This document shows, piece by piece, positions 12,155 to 26,200 of a stretch of 64,000 nt of DNA (positions within the stretch are counted from its first letter, which is position 1; every line of letters starts with the position of its first letter). The position numbers were made by a program, and so were the translations under genes. The DNA comes from Antedon mediterranea (Eukaryota; Animalia; Echinodermata). The notes beneath the pieces were generated by a model. That model was given only the letters and a program-made list of their open reading frames with translations. It searched no databases and had not been told where the DNA came from. The stretch spans positions 9,238,001 to 9,302,000 of the forward strand of contig NC_092671.1 of the NCBI RefSeq assembly GCF_964355755.1. The letters run 5' to 3'.

Positions 12155-12488
12155 GCGATATTTCTTTTCGTACATAAGTTGAGGACCCCTCGTGAAACGT
12201 CACAAAATAAACATGAATATTCATTAGTTATATCCATAAGGTGTGACGTAAGAATCGAGCTAACTACAATTCGCTAATGTAAACGATTTCTGTCGAGCCG
12301 TCTGTGTAGTCGAGTGAATAAGACTATGGACTTTACATGTCGATGTATGGGGTTCGACTCCCATGAGCTACTCTTTTACTTTATAGTGAGAGAGAGATTA
12401 TTTGGAGGGTTAGGTTTAGTTATATTTAGGAAGTAGTTTGGCTATCTTTCACATGGGGTCCCCAACTTATGTACGAAAAAAAAATCGC
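12155..12488. mobile_element. Second Mutator-like element of the same TIR family, 9-bp TSD GGCCGGGGT
   Basis: Ends GCGATATTTCTTTTCGTACATAAGTTG... / ...CCCCAACTTATGTACGAAAAAAAAATCGC. The TSD lies at 12146-12154 and 12489-12497. The adjacent empty repeat unit has only one GGCCGGGGT. Confidence 0.88.
12300..12371 (+). pseudogene. tRNA-like relic inside the MULE-like element
   Basis: TAGTCGAGTG (A-box-like) with GTC/GAC D-stem, and GGTTCGACTCC (B-box). The stems are imperfect, so this is not a functional tRNA. Confidence 0.55.
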
Positions 12489-12914
12489 GGCCGGGGTATG
12501 TGTGATGCGTCAGGGCGGTCTATGTCGTACCTCAGGCTAATCGGCCGATGATAGGTTTTTAAAAAGCGTACGGTAAAGGGGAATGATGGAATGCAATTCT
12601 CAAGCCGTACATGTACTTTGGCTTGGCCGGGGTATGTGTCGGGCGGGCTATATCGTACGTCAGGTTAATCGGCCGATGAGATGTTTTTTAATGCTCTCAA
12701 AGAAAAATATCAATTGTGCTCTTAGAAAACATCCTGTGGTGAAGAGTTGAACTTCCCTTTGATATGCACGATGACAGAAACCATAGTAGGGCGGTTAATT
12801 GATCGGACTAGATGGTAAAAAAAACCACAAAAAAACCGAATTATTCAACTGTTATTGGCTAATACTGCGCATGGTAAATAGGAAAACTCAAAACTACAAA
12901 TGTAGTTCACATTT

Positions 12915-13050
12915 TAGGGACCGGTGTGTCCCCTTAATATTGGGTGTCTCCTGAATAGGGATTAGCTGTAGCGTTATATTGGCACTCGTTTGTTTCACGT
13001 GAAAATAGATGTGTCCCCTGAAGAGGAGTGTCCTAAAGGGTGCTACTGTA
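12915..13050. mobile_element. Tc1/mariner-type MITE fragment (same family as 3411-3540, reverse orientation)
   Basis: gtgtcccctgaagaggagtgtcctaaagggtgctactg|TA; the reverse complement resembles 3411-3480. Confidence 0.5.
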
Positions 13051-16000
13051 GTCTGAATGACAGAAATGCTCTGTTCCTCCTCACATATACAACAGAAAAT
13101 GATCATAAATGATGACATACAAAATAATGTTTCTTGTTGTTAGAATATACACACAATTTCAGATTTTTGTAACGATCGTGAGGATTTAAAAGTTTTTTTT
13201 TGTCGTAAGTGCATGCATGTTTGACGGCTGCAACACGCTAAAATGATGTTTATAAAAATATTTTTAAAACAGGCCTATCGTAAGAACGTCTTAATCTAGG
13301 TTACTAACGAGCAGATTCGTTGAGGTGGGGCCGACCCCGTCCTTAAAGTTCGTCGAGGCGTCGTGGTCTTTTAAAGAATTAAAGTCAGGTCCTTTAGATT
13401 GTCAAACTTCAATTTGGCAAAATGTCACGCGGAAGAGTATGTTGAGCGCTACTTAACGAAGTGGGCTAGTGAGAAAAAAAAGAGTTGAATCTAGCACTTC
13501 ATATATTTTTTTGATTTATATTTATTAAACTATAAAAATATAATACACAAGGAGAAGATTTACTTAATATGTGAAATAAAAATGTTTTTCTCGATCTAAT
13601 TCTTGAAGATGTTTTAGTCTTTCCTTGTTTTAATGCCATGTTTCAAGAAATGTTGTATACCATGAAGCGAAATCTAATTCTTTAAGACGGTTCTGTAAGA
13701 TGTTAATTACAAAAATCAAATGTTATCGTTCATCAACTAAAATAATATGATGAATGTAATGGAAATCCTTGTTGCAAACAGGATGACAAACATTTACTCA
13801 GATATGTACTAATTACCCTATTTAATTATTAGAGGAACTAGACCGGGTTTTAGTGTATTAATATTCGGTATAAAATTAGTCCACAAAGTATCTGTATGCG
13901 TTTTATGTCATCTGTACATTTTATTTCCTTTTTAAATTAAACCAAATGCTTATAGTTATATTTGTATTTCCTTGTCACGCTATGCTTGCGAATTTTATCA
14001 CATTTTCATATCGAGATGGACAAACTAAAAAACGTTTGGCACACTTTTTATTATATTCCGAGCAGTTTAGACAAATTAGATTATATCTAATTCAATTACA
14101 CTGTTGTTACTAAATGCGCGGCATTTCCGTTATCAAAATTTAGGCCAATGGTGTTACTACGCGAAAAAGTTCCAAATGCTTGAAGCTATAGTTATACAAA
14201 TCAACGCATGAGTGTGCATGACTAGTATAAAACTATATGTGGTTTTAATTGCATTGGCGGTGCTAGATCTATAAGTTTTAAATTGATTACGTAGCAAATT
14301 AAACAACGGAGTTTGTTGAAATAATTGATATAATGACACATCATGGAAAGTTCGACAACACCTGTTTTTTCTTCTTTACTGGTACTGCCTTAACTTTTAT
14401 TTGGATTTCAGCGGAGTGATAGTTTGCTTCTCTGGGGGAAGAGTGGTCATGGGGGAACATAGAGGTCACATTTGGTTCTAGGCACTAACATTTTCAGGGG
14501 TAGAGAGACTAGGGAAAACACAGAATAGTCAACTTACGTCACTGACTTCTGCTAGTTTCGTTTGACCTCAAGCATCAGAATTATATGCAAGAGTTCATTT
14601 GAAACTACGTACTGATAGTTTATATTATAATTCAGTATACCGTAATACTTCGATATAAGAATTGAAATTGTGAACAAATATTAAGCTACTGTTCTTTTGA
14701 ACGAAGAAATACAACATCCATTCTATAGTTGTTTCTCTACTAGGCAGACGTTTTAGTTACAGTAGTGTATACTCATTTACCATGTAAAATTTGGTCATGT
14801 GATTGCATATAAAATTCTTATAACAAACAAAAATACAATTAATGATTAATGTGAGTATATATTTGAGTATATAATTCTTTCAATTACAGAAGCTTCAGCT
14901 AAGTTGAAAAAACTTAGAAAAGTCCACTTTAACCCTGCAGTTGCTTTAGTTTATATTTCATTAGGGGCCTATAGGATAATTGCAATGGTACTCAGAAAAA
15001 ACTTTATTTTTAGGAATTGCCAGTATCCTAATGAATGTTTATGAGTTAAATGAATAGAATATTTTCATGAGTTGAATGATTAAATGTTCTATTCAACTCA
15101 ACTAGCCACCTTACTATTAGATTGTCTGTATTTTGTTTACCTAGCCAAGTTCAACTTGCAGGATATTGAGTAACAGTTGTCTCCCTAAAAAGCGGAACTT
15201 AAGTTCAATGTAATTATCTAAATGAAAGAGTTTATTCTTGAGTTAAACTTGGTAAGAAAGCTTGTGGAACAAAATGATGAATCTAGGATGGAATTAACTC
15301 AAATATATATATATTTTAAAAGCAAGAACATAATTGTACACCTTTTTAAAATGAATTTAACTAACTGACTATAGTTTCCAGAGGCTAAATCATTATTCAA
15401 CCAAATTACATTAATATCCTCATCTAAAATAAGCATTTCCTGATAGTAAATATTATTAGCTTACTGCCTAATGTTTCAGACAATTATCACTCACAAAAAA
15501 TGTTCAATTTATCGCGCGCAACATTTTGATTCGACGTATTTCCAGGCTCCTGGCCTGGTTTCATCGAACATGATTCATGGAAGTGAGCCTAAAAGGCAAT
15601 TCAAATGTTTGGTTTCAACAATCACCACGCCCTGTAAAATGTTCCTTTTTCAACCCACTATTCTAATTGACAACTCTCCATCGGGTTCATCAAACGCCTT
15701 TGATGAAAATGAACACTGTTAAAAATATTTAAAAAAATTGAAACGGTTAAATATCAACAAAACTGACATTTTCCAGAAGTATTTGGAACTTGTGCAATGC
15801 TCCAATCTGAATTAAGTCGGTCTATATCAGAATAAAATAAAATTGGCAAAAACAAAACATTGAAAGAGCACCTGACATGATTGGTAAGAGTTTATTGACC
15901 CACCCATACCTTTCGTTCTTTCATTCGTGACTTTTAATCCATTTTGGTTTTTGGCTTCCAAATACATGCATACATATGTCTTTTATTATACGAATATATA

Positions 16001-16522
16001 TGAATCATATCTTGTAAGTGGTAACAGTTAAAGTTTATGAAATGTTCGGGTCTTAAACAAGAGGATCACCTAATTTTGCACTGAACAAAAACAAACACTG
16101 GCAAAAGATCAAGGGGCGGGAACTTTCCACCAATAGGCCCTATAACACCAATAGTTCGCGCCAATAAAACCCCATCTACTGTATGAGTGAAATTATTACT
16201 ACAGTGTATATGTAAATTAACTTAACATTATTTCTTTGCCAATTCACATAAAATTACTATGTCTGTTAATGGATATCAATTTCCTCCTAAGTCTGGAATA
16301 TTACATATGGTCTTCTTGAAACAGAATTCGCTAGTATCATTTCCCGGAAGAGCTTGATATAGCAATACATTTTTACAATAATTACTGAATATCTTCAAGT
16401 TAAGAGGGAATCTGTCTTTATGAAATCATCAAGTAACATTGGAGTTTAATAGATTAAACATAGTTATTTATAAATAGGTGTAGTATTTGAGCTCATCTGT
16501 GAACATATACACTGCATTATCA

Positions 16523-17140
16523 TGAGATCACAGTACATTAGTTTGTACATTTTTAGAAAGTGAGATTACTTTAGTTTGTACATTTGCAGAAATTGAGATT
16601 ACATTAGTTTGTACATTTTGCAGAGAGTGAGATTACTTTAGTTTGTACATTTGGAGAATGTGAGATTACATTAGTTTGTACATTTACAGAAAGTGAGATT
16701 ACATTAGTTTGTACATTTGCAGGAAGTGAGATTACATTAGTTTGTAAATTTGGAAAAAGTGAGATTACATTAGTTTGTACATTTGCAGGAAGTGAGATTA
16801 CATTAGTTTGTAAATTTGGAGAAAGTGAGATGACATTAGTTTGTAAATTTGGAGAAAGTGAGATTACATTAGTTTGTACATTTTGCAGAAAGTGAGATTA
16901 CATTAGTTTGTAAATTTGGAGAAAGTGAGATTACATTAGTTTGTAAATTTGCAGAAAGTGAGATTACATTAGTTTGTACATTTTGCAGAAAGTGAGATTA
17001 CATTAGTTTGTAAATTTGGAGAAAGTGAGATTACATTAGGCCTAGTTTGTACATTTGCAGAAAGTGAGATTACATTAGTTTGTACATTTTGCATAAAGTT
17101 AGATTTCATTAGTTTTTACATTTTTGTACATTAATTTTAG
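16523..17140. repeat. 33-34-bp minisatellite (gtgagattacattagtttgtacatttgcagaaa)n
   Basis: About 18 units, decaying to about 17370. Confidence 0.95.
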
Positions 17141-18099
17141 AGAAACTAAGATTATTTATATTAGTTTGTTTTAGAAAAATCGGATTACATTAAAGATAGT
17201 GATTTATAAACCTAAAAAAATTGAATTACATTAGTTTATATGGACTTGGAAAAAGCGAAAGATTTCTCATTATTTTGTGTGTGGAATTATATTATTAGTC
17301 TATACGTTTTGGAAAGTGAGAATAGTTATACATTTGGTAAAAAGTGAGATTTTATTAGTTATTGCATTTAAAAAAATTAAGATTAATACTATTTTAAATT
17401 AATGTGGATATAATCATTTATCATTTCATCATTTATCTGTCCTGGTCTTTCAGTAATTGTTCAGGTTCTGGTAAATATAGATTTCTTAGAACTTAGAAAT
17501 TAAAACTTAGGCCCTACATGTTTTCAAATTTAAGGCATTTATGTTATTAATCAGTAGAATAGTATGTTAATTAAAACAGTATGAACAGTGATTCATCACA
17601 ATTATGTACTTCTTAGTGAATTCTGTGAAATATTGACAAAATACTTTGTTGATAATGTTTCCCTGGATTTTAAGAAACTGATGACCATTGCCATTGAAAA
17701 ACTTTTCCATGTATTAACATTTTTGGAGTAGGCTTGTAATGAATTAAAATCAACATGATGTTAACCTTTAGTAATAAACTTGACACTTTCGGCTGTGCAT
17801 GTAAACGGAAGGTGCTTGACACAGTCTATTATCTTAGTTTGATATGATTATATATGTCTTCCATGCAGGCGACGAACTGAACCGTCTGTTATGTGAGGAT
17901 ACACGATGGTTCCTGGGTATCTGAAGGACCACCTGGAATAGTTTAGGCCCTACTAAGCAGCGTTAATTCAGTGACCAATCAATGTTCCTATGGAGATTTT
18001 TGTTTTGAGACGCCCGATTGGGTGTTCTAAGCTTACTTAACTTGAGGTACATTTTAATGTTTCTTGTGCAAGCAACCGTAAAAGACATTAATTTGAAAA

Positions 18100-18900
18100 A
18101 CAGGAAAGTAATAATATAAAACCGTTATCTAGGTCACTGCTGGCAATGACCAAAATTCTTGTTTTCTTATTCCATCGAGTCATATCTGCCAAATAACAAT
18201 GCTTTCTAAGAATGCATGCAATATAAAAATTAGTAGATTTATGTTATTATCTGTTATTATATAAGCCCGTGGGACTTGAGGTATCTTGTAATATAAGTAG
18301 CTTTGACAGCTCTGACCTCTGTTCGTTTTTAGGACCAATGGTCTGGATTACTTGCGGTTGATGTCGAAATCTCATAGTTACTTTCAGGGTATTTGGCTCG
18401 TTATGCGTTTCATAGAACAAGGGCTGTGGTAATAAATGTGCCATTGTCTTATAATTAGTTCTTGCTATGAAAAGTTTTTTAATATGTTAATAACAGTACA
18501 CATTATACAAGTGTATTAATCTACCACTTTTTAAAATCAGTAAAGTAATTTATACTCCATAAGATAGTTATGGCAAATAGTAATTTCTGTACTGCAATAC
18601 TGTTGAATTTATTTGAGTGACTTCAGCTTTTGTTGAGTAATGTTATGTAGGCTCTTTGAGTTTAATCTCTGATTGTTGACGTTGGTCTTTCTTTTGAGCA
18701 GTATTACACATGCATTATCGGGTGATTCTGGCTTCTGCGGAAAAGTATATAATAAATAATTTCCATTTTGATTCATCAACTCCAGTATTTTGAAGTAGCA
18801 TTTTGCCTTTTGAACTCCAGCAACTTGGAATAGAATTTGCTTTAACTGTCTTGTTTTGAATGAGTGATTCTAATCATTCAATAATTTATCTTGTGCCTAA
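18100..18900 (-). pseudogene. Possible highly decayed LINE (CR1/L2-type) ORF2 fragment
   Basis: Minus-strand pieces PESNYEIS and RAVKATYITRYLKSHGLI resemble DPxNYRPIS and ERVVxxQLxxYLxxxxLL. There are many stops and frameshifts. Confidence 0.25.
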
Positions 18901-20184
18901 AATTAATATCTTAAGAGTTAGGCTACATTTGGTATATGCGACTTTAACCTCCTTGCATTGTCTAGTTTTCCTAGCTTTTTTGGAGTTGCATTTACACAGT
19001 CTGTATGGTCTATTTGAAGTCGGAGTGATCCTAACGTTTTGAGTTGGCATTGGGGATTACAACTGTGAGTACAATTTGGTCTAGTGCCTATGACGTCTTG
19101 AGTAGTAGCATTTTGTTTGCAAGAAATCGGAAATATTGTGGTAAGATCTTTGAGTACATAATCCACGGCAAAGCGTATTGTATGTTTTTATGTTGTTTTA
19201 TCTCGATATATCTAATGGTATTAAAGGCACATTTTGTCACGCAATGCAATATAATAATCATTAAATAGTGTTATTCGTGACAGCTGCCTTATTGAAAAGA
19301 AGCGGTTCATACAAGTGACCTGTTTTCATACATTCAATTTTCCCCCTATTTTTTTATTATTTAATTACCACGGAGCGAATATGTCATTCAAAGTGTGGTT
19401 CTACGACAGTGACATTTCAATGTGTCGCCATTTTTGGTGACCTGCTTTTAGTCATCATATTTTTGATTGGCAGGTTGAGACTGTATGCATTTACTGTATT
19501 GTAATTTCCTTTTATGATGAACGTTCGTTGCGTATGTTGTCGGTGGATCAAACGTTCCTTTCAAACCGAACCCTAATGAATTAGGATTTAAGAAAATCGC
19601 TTTAATCTCATTATCAGTTTCTTTAATTATACTTAATAGAATATCGTGATAATTTTTATTTCACTTTCGTTGCATAACCGCCAGACAAACCCTCTCTACT
19701 TATCAACAAAAATGTCATTGCCTACTGTCCTGGACCTATATTCTTTCACATGAACGAATTAAAAATACAGAAGATTAAACTAAATTGGTAGAGGCCAACG
19801 TTAGCTTGTCGTTTGTTTTAATACAGAGAGGGGAGGGGTTCAATGGTGTTTAGATTTGCCAGAATTGGTAATTGTAATCCCCATGCCTTACGCCGATAAT
19901 GCTTTTTTATCAACAGTATTTTTTTTATAATATGATTTGTCAATGTGGCTCACAATGTAACAGTTTGTCTTATCTCGTGCAAGTACAGTCGCAAAACAAG
20001 TTTATATATAGCTAAAAGATATTATTAATTTAAACTAAAGCAAATGTGGACAGGTTAAGTCATCAGGATATGATGTCCCCAAGACAGTTAAAACCTCCAT
20101 GGCCTGGCTAAGGCTACGAGCCTAGTTGGTATAGCGCGATATAGATCATTTAGTAGTTCACTTGTAAATGTTGACATCATCTTA

Positions 20185-20336
20185 AGCTCTCTCTACACTA
20201 TCAAACTAGTTTGACAAAAAAAGTGTGATGTGCCAAAACATGGTAGTGGTATGCCCAAATATGTTAGTGATATGACATCTCATGTCCATGGGTACATCCT
20301 TTTTGTCACATAAAGTTTGATTGTGTAGACAGGGCT
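20185..20336. mobile_element. Harbinger-like MITE family A, copy 2
   Basis: TTA|AGCTCTCTCTACACTATCAAACT...GTGTAGACAGGGCT|TTA, a perfect 3-bp TSD. Confidence 0.85.
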
Positions 20337-23044
20337 TTAGATTATGATCTTGCTTCTTTCATGTTTTTCCAATAGTTTGAAATTCTTTTATGTTTTTTTA
20401 CGTTACTGTTGATTTTACCCATGCCATGATCCAACGTAATCTTGTCTTCTTATGTACTACCATACATGAATACCAAACTTACCAAATAAGACTATATATA
20501 TAATATTTCACACCAGTAACCAGCATTCACTACTTGAGTACACGTCGGCCACAGAGAGCAACTTGTACGGTTGGTCATCAGGCCGATAAACAACCTCTAC
20601 TCTTTTCAAATGTACAGTATTTTGACTACAGTGTGTCGTAGAAATGTACACCAACGGTTTCATTTTTAAACTTCCTATCCATTAACCACCCTGTTTATTT
20701 AATGATAATATATCATATTTTTAATTGTATTTAACGATATAGTCAGATTTGTAATTTCCGTGTTTTGGAAAAAGTTCATTAGTTAAAAGTTTTGGTGATG
20801 TCGCGGGTCTAATATCTCCCTTCAATAACATGGGTATAACAATCACAAATGTGTAATGGCATGTTAGTAATCCTGTATTTCTTGTATCACGTATCACTGA
20901 TGTAGATACATTTGTGTAATATATCATATTGAAGAAAGAAGATCACAGTATGTGTACATTATGTTTTTGCGTTGTCAGAAATAAATGTCTTCATAAAATC
21001 AAATTATAATACAATTTGTAATACACTCCAAAACTCACTTAGTCTGATGAAAACTGACAGCAGCGGGTGTGAATTATGTTGTGTGACTGAATGAGAGGTA
21101 GCAAATGAGGCCATTTTATGGGAAATGTTGCCAAAACATGCTGCATTGTGCTCTAGTAAAATAGCCGTGCTGAATAAAAAGAAATGACTAATTAAGTCAA
21201 GTGCAACATATTTACAACGGGATGTATCAATAATATTAATATAATGAATATCAACAACAAGCTTAGGGTCTCTTTTGGCAATTTCATCCTTTTAAGCACC
21301 ATAATTGGTTGATTTTCCAGAACAAATTATAAAAATCTAGAAGCCACTTAGCTAAATCTCATAGTAGATGTTGTTCTTTGACGTTGAATTTGAACCTCGT
21401 CTCAAACTCTTCCAAAATTCTACAATTTAACCCGTGGGCCTACTTTCGAGGTTATCTGAGAAATAATTATTAATTAAGTGAACCTTCTCTTGTACTGTAG
21501 ATTTGTACAAGAACCATGCGTACCACTCCGACTGTAATGAAGGACGAATTTATTATCAAGTAATTAAGACTATATTCAAAATGTTTATAATCCAATGTAA
21601 CTATACTGTATTAAACGTTAAAACTAATAACACATTTTGACATCTTAGATGATTGAATTATCTGCTTATACTTGTAGCAATGTCATGATGTATGTATATA
21701 GACCCTTGAAACAATGTTCATGCTAATGTGTATATTACTAAATTATGAATGATGCGCATGTGTTAATAATGTGACAATATGAAAAACATCCCGCCAACGC
21801 AAAAGTGCATTGAGCGTATGAGACTGCAGTTTTCTCTGTAACACCGATTCTTAAAAGTGCATGTGATATGAATCATGGTAATAATAAACCAATCAGAATC
21901 ATCCGTTGTATGCTTAGTATCTTCATTATGAATGACATGATGTTTACTGACTCTTGAATATTGGAAATACATAGCATAAAACATGGCATTTGAATTCGGT
22001 TAAGATATTAAGGGCCAGTGTCACCAGTTAAGGTTTGGCCTGTGTGGGTATATATAACTATTTATAATTAGCCTATATTGTGGAACATTTGTTACAGTGT
22101 GTATATTAGACGCCTAAACCAGATGTGATTGCTATCATTATTGTCTGTTATCCAACTAGAAACACTGACCAGCCAATTATTTGTAATTCTGCAGTTTATC
22201 ATGTAATTAACAAGCAAATGTGTGGCACCATTCTAAAGACATAGAGATACGTCTAGAGACATAACCCCAAAAAAAAATTGTCAATATTTATTTAACATTA
22301 TTTATATAGATTTTAATGGAAGACTTAGGCCTATTTGATTTATCGACCCATTGATTACAATAGGCATATTACTGTTATATAATATAATGTCACTTTCATA
22401 GATATAGGCCTAAATGTTTAAAATAAGCTGGTCCTATATTCTGAACGGCTAAAATCAAGTTCAAGATCAGTAATATTGTCAAACCTGGTCAATCAAATTA
22501 AAATTGGAAATTGAGGTTAAAGATAATTACTTTTAATGAAAATTAAGTTATGTGGTTTGTAGACGGACTAGGTTAAGTGACGCTACTTATTGAATCAGAA
22601 TTAGGGCGAGTTTAGTTCCCAATAACACCGACAAGAAGCTACTGAGAACTTTATAAATTCACGGATGATAGCAACACTGTTTCGTTGTTTTTCATCTGTA
22701 ATTACTCACAATAAACACTTTCGAAGTTGACCAAACGTTCTGGATTTTATTTTAATTAAATTGTTTATTCATGCGAAAAAAAGAAGAAAAAAGGAAGGCT
22801 CGCCTATGTGAACAGCCAGTTCTATCTTGTACGATTTCCTTTTTTGTCATTCTATATTCATTGTTAGGTATTGAATCTTTATCTTTAAAGTAAAAATGTC
22901 AACAACCTCGAGATAAATGCTTTTTCGTGTGACAACATCGTGTTTGTAAACTACTTCTTTAAAGTGAATAATTAATTTATTTAAATATATTCTACATTCT
23001 ATTGTTTTTTTCCCACTAAAACTGGTCAATTAAAAATATCGTTC

Positions 23045-23227
23045 TTGGAAACATGGTTGGACGACATACAAGTTTGTTATGACATCGACGGGAGAAACGT
23101 AAATTCAACGCACATTAATACTGTATACATTTTCTCAGTACATACACAAATGAGATCCAATGGAATGCAACAGCAAACGACGAAGAACAGGCTGAGGGCT
23201 GAGAGAAGACGGATGGCGAGGGTGTAA
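23045..23227 (+). pseudogene. Possible LINE APE-endonuclease relic
   Basis: ETWLDD...YDIDG resembles the APE motif ETWL...I.GY. It is short and isolated. Confidence 0.25.
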
Positions 23228-26200
23228 AATAAAAAAGAAAGAGACGGAGAGATTGGCCTATGTTGTTTTGCTAATAATACAGAAAATATCATACTTTTAG
23301 TTATTGTGTATCTTTAGATGTGTGTAGTGATAACACAAGGTATTGACCTCTCGAAAAATAATCAAAAAATGTATTCCCAACACCTCTTGGTCTAATGATA
23401 GATGAACAGAGTGTGTTTGCAGTCCTTCATGCCTTTTTTGGGTAGAACATGAAATGTAGACAATCGTGGGTTTTTTCTTCTTCTAATACATTTCCTGTTT
23501 GATTCAAGTCCATGAATTGCATTCTGGGATCTCAAACTGTCAATTGCTGTTACCGTTAGAATCTTTGTTGAACTTTTAAAGCAGTCACTAACACAGCGAC
23601 TTTTTTTTCTGATGGCAAAAAAACATCAGAATATAATCCGTTTAGTACTCTTGGTATCATTACATTTAACACCGTATTATTTTCTTTTTCATGTAAAAAA
23701 CAAATATCGTAAACCTAAAATTATCAGACCTTGTTATGTACACCCACTACCAAATTATGTCCTAATGTACGTACATACATTTTAAACATTTTAGGAGATA
23801 CGGTACATATTCGACATTAAGAATATAGGTAAAAAGTCACTCGCCTGGTATTTCATAATTCTTGTGACCGAAGCTGTGGGATGTGTCATAATTTGTACAG
23901 TTTTCAGGAAAACCTCACAATTATAGCCTACTGACAAAAAAGTTTGTAAAGTTACTGTTTTGTACAGTGTTCTCTATTTGTAGTGAAATTGGTCATTTGG
24001 ACATTGCTCCAATTTTCAAACAGCTTTTCTTCAACATTTTGTTAATACAGTACTACTATGATAATATTAGTTTTAATTATCTTGTCTCTTTATATTACTA
24101 GTGGTAAATCATCGTATTACTCATTGTGTGTGTAGAGGCCTATGTTCTGTCACCCCTCCTCTGTTGGTTTTCATCCGCCGAACTAGGTTATAATTTGTCG
24201 CTTTGCATCCAAAGAAGTTGAACTCATCGAGTGCCTAATTCTACTGCCGGAAATCAGCCAATGCGATAAAGCTAATTTCACGATCTTATCTATCCTACCT
24301 GGCCTAAAATGATCCAAAAAGTGCTCTTTTCAGCGTCTAGTTCACTGAATCTATCGGTCAGAAGCTAGAATGAAGTTCACTGACCTTAAAAATGTTTTGT
24401 GATTTGACGCACACTCGTTTGGGTTTGAATCGAACCAATAATGTTATTACGACACATGAATCATGTTTGCATTGAAGCATCATGATGAAACAAAAGACAT
24501 TAATTCAATAGAACATTTTGTTGTTGTGTTCTTAAATTATAATTATTCAGTCTGTTCTGTAGTATTCTTTGATAAGTCATAATCATTTAATTAACAATTA
24601 AACATTGTTATCATTTTTTACGCTCAACGTCTTTCGACATCGAGATCCCTATTTCTTACCTTTCACAACAATGTATTAACAATTTGAATATACTTAACAG
24701 TTTAATATCTGATTCATCGTTTTTTATGTTGCTCTTCTTAATAAAAAATTACTTAATTTAAATTGACTCGAGCATAAATTAAAAATTGATTTTCATTTGG
24801 ATATGGGCAGTAAACGTCTTGCAATTAAAAACTTTAAAAAAGCTTTAATATGTCTAAAGTTGTACAAGTACAACAGCAGTAGTTGTAGGTTTGCGTAACA
24901 GTTTGCGTTTGTAATTAACGCAAAAACAGAGCGTATAACGCGTTGTCACGCATTATGACGCACGCTTCACCCTGATTCGATAAGTCAATGACACGATATC
25001 AGGTGCTTTGACTCATCTTTGTATTTGACTTGTGATGACGGAGGTCAATTGATGTTTACAAACTTCATGATTGAATTTATATATTACAAAACATAATTCA
25101 ATATTTAAATATAATTTTTGTAACCTTCCTCAATTATTTTGTGAGAGGATGATGATTTATTACATATTATCTTGGAATGATTTCTTATCTAGAAATAAAA
25201 AAAATAAAAAAATTCAAGTTCAAGGTATTTGATTTTCAAAGATAAATATGCTCTGAATTTGGTAAAGTTTTACCATATTCCTTTCGAATAACTGTGACAA
25301 TCTAGTTTGTATTGTAACGTTCAATGAAAAGAGAAAAAGTTGCATAAAATCTAGTGTTATATTACCGGTAATAAATTATTTCAAATTCATACAATTTTTC
25401 TTTAATATATATTGTCCCGCTGCAAAATACAATATTTTTAAAACTAGTTTGATGTCACAGAATACCGTATTAATTAACGTGGAGCAAAATTGAATCGAAA
25501 CATAATATAATTATTATTTGATTAAACTTAATAAATAAAAATAATAAATTGCTTGCCGTTAATTGGGTTCTGGTTAAATCTCTAAATCTAAATGTATTTC
25601 TGTAAATTGGTACACTATCCTGTATTGTTGTAGATCACTTCTCCTTAGTAAACTTACACAGAGAGCTAAAATACAACATAAATATTAAGTTATAGCAAGA
25701 AACTTATGTAGGTGCTGTTTTGTCATAGAAATAATACCGTATGAGGATCGGATGGAAGTAAATTCATGCAATTCAACGATATTCTATTCTAAATTGAATC
25801 AAAATGTATGATGAAGAAAATGTATTTTAAAACCAGATAGGGTATAGTTTAAAGACATATTAAAGTTTGAATTTCGAATGAAGGAAGGAACGCGTTATCT
25901 TTGATTACAAACAAATCTTTGTAAAAGATTTGTTTAAGTTATGGTTCTTAAACCTTTCAATTATAAAACGAATATAACAGTTAAATACACGCTGTCGACA
26001 ATGTAAAAAATATAAGGGTTACATTTATATATTTTGCTTGTTCTGTACTTTTGTGTGTTTAGTAGTGTGTTAAACAACAAATTTCCAATTTTTTATTTTG
26101 AATCTTTTTTAATTTTTGAATCTGAATTTTGAATTTGAGTCGGATAGATCAAAATGATCGAAACTTTTTATTATGTTATTTGGAGTTAGGCCCTACCTGT

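Larger units (their letters stand above)
12098..12690. repeat. Two-copy tandem duplication of about 120-130 bp; the first copy is interrupted by a MULE-like element
   Basis: cggtaaaggggaatgatggaat...tggccggggt...atcggccgatga occurs at 12098-12570 (with the insertion) and at 12571-12690 (empty). Confidence 0.85.

Noticed and set aside
12300-12371. Functional (ochre-suppressor-like, TTA anticodon) tRNA
   Set aside because: The acceptor, anticodon and T stems do not pair properly, and it lies within a transposon.
16270-16440. YQALPGNDTS resembling the FHAxxGCDT motif of some invertebrate transposon proteins
   Set aside because: A single degenerate motif among stop codons; not supportable by eye.
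16523-17140. 33-bp array as a CRISPR array or coding repeat
   Set aside because: No spacers and no long ORF in the track; it is an ordinary minisatellite.
17869-17930. Possible plus-strand exon after cttccatgcag (DELNRLLCEDTRWFLGI*)
   Set aside because: No recognisable homology and no partner exons found.
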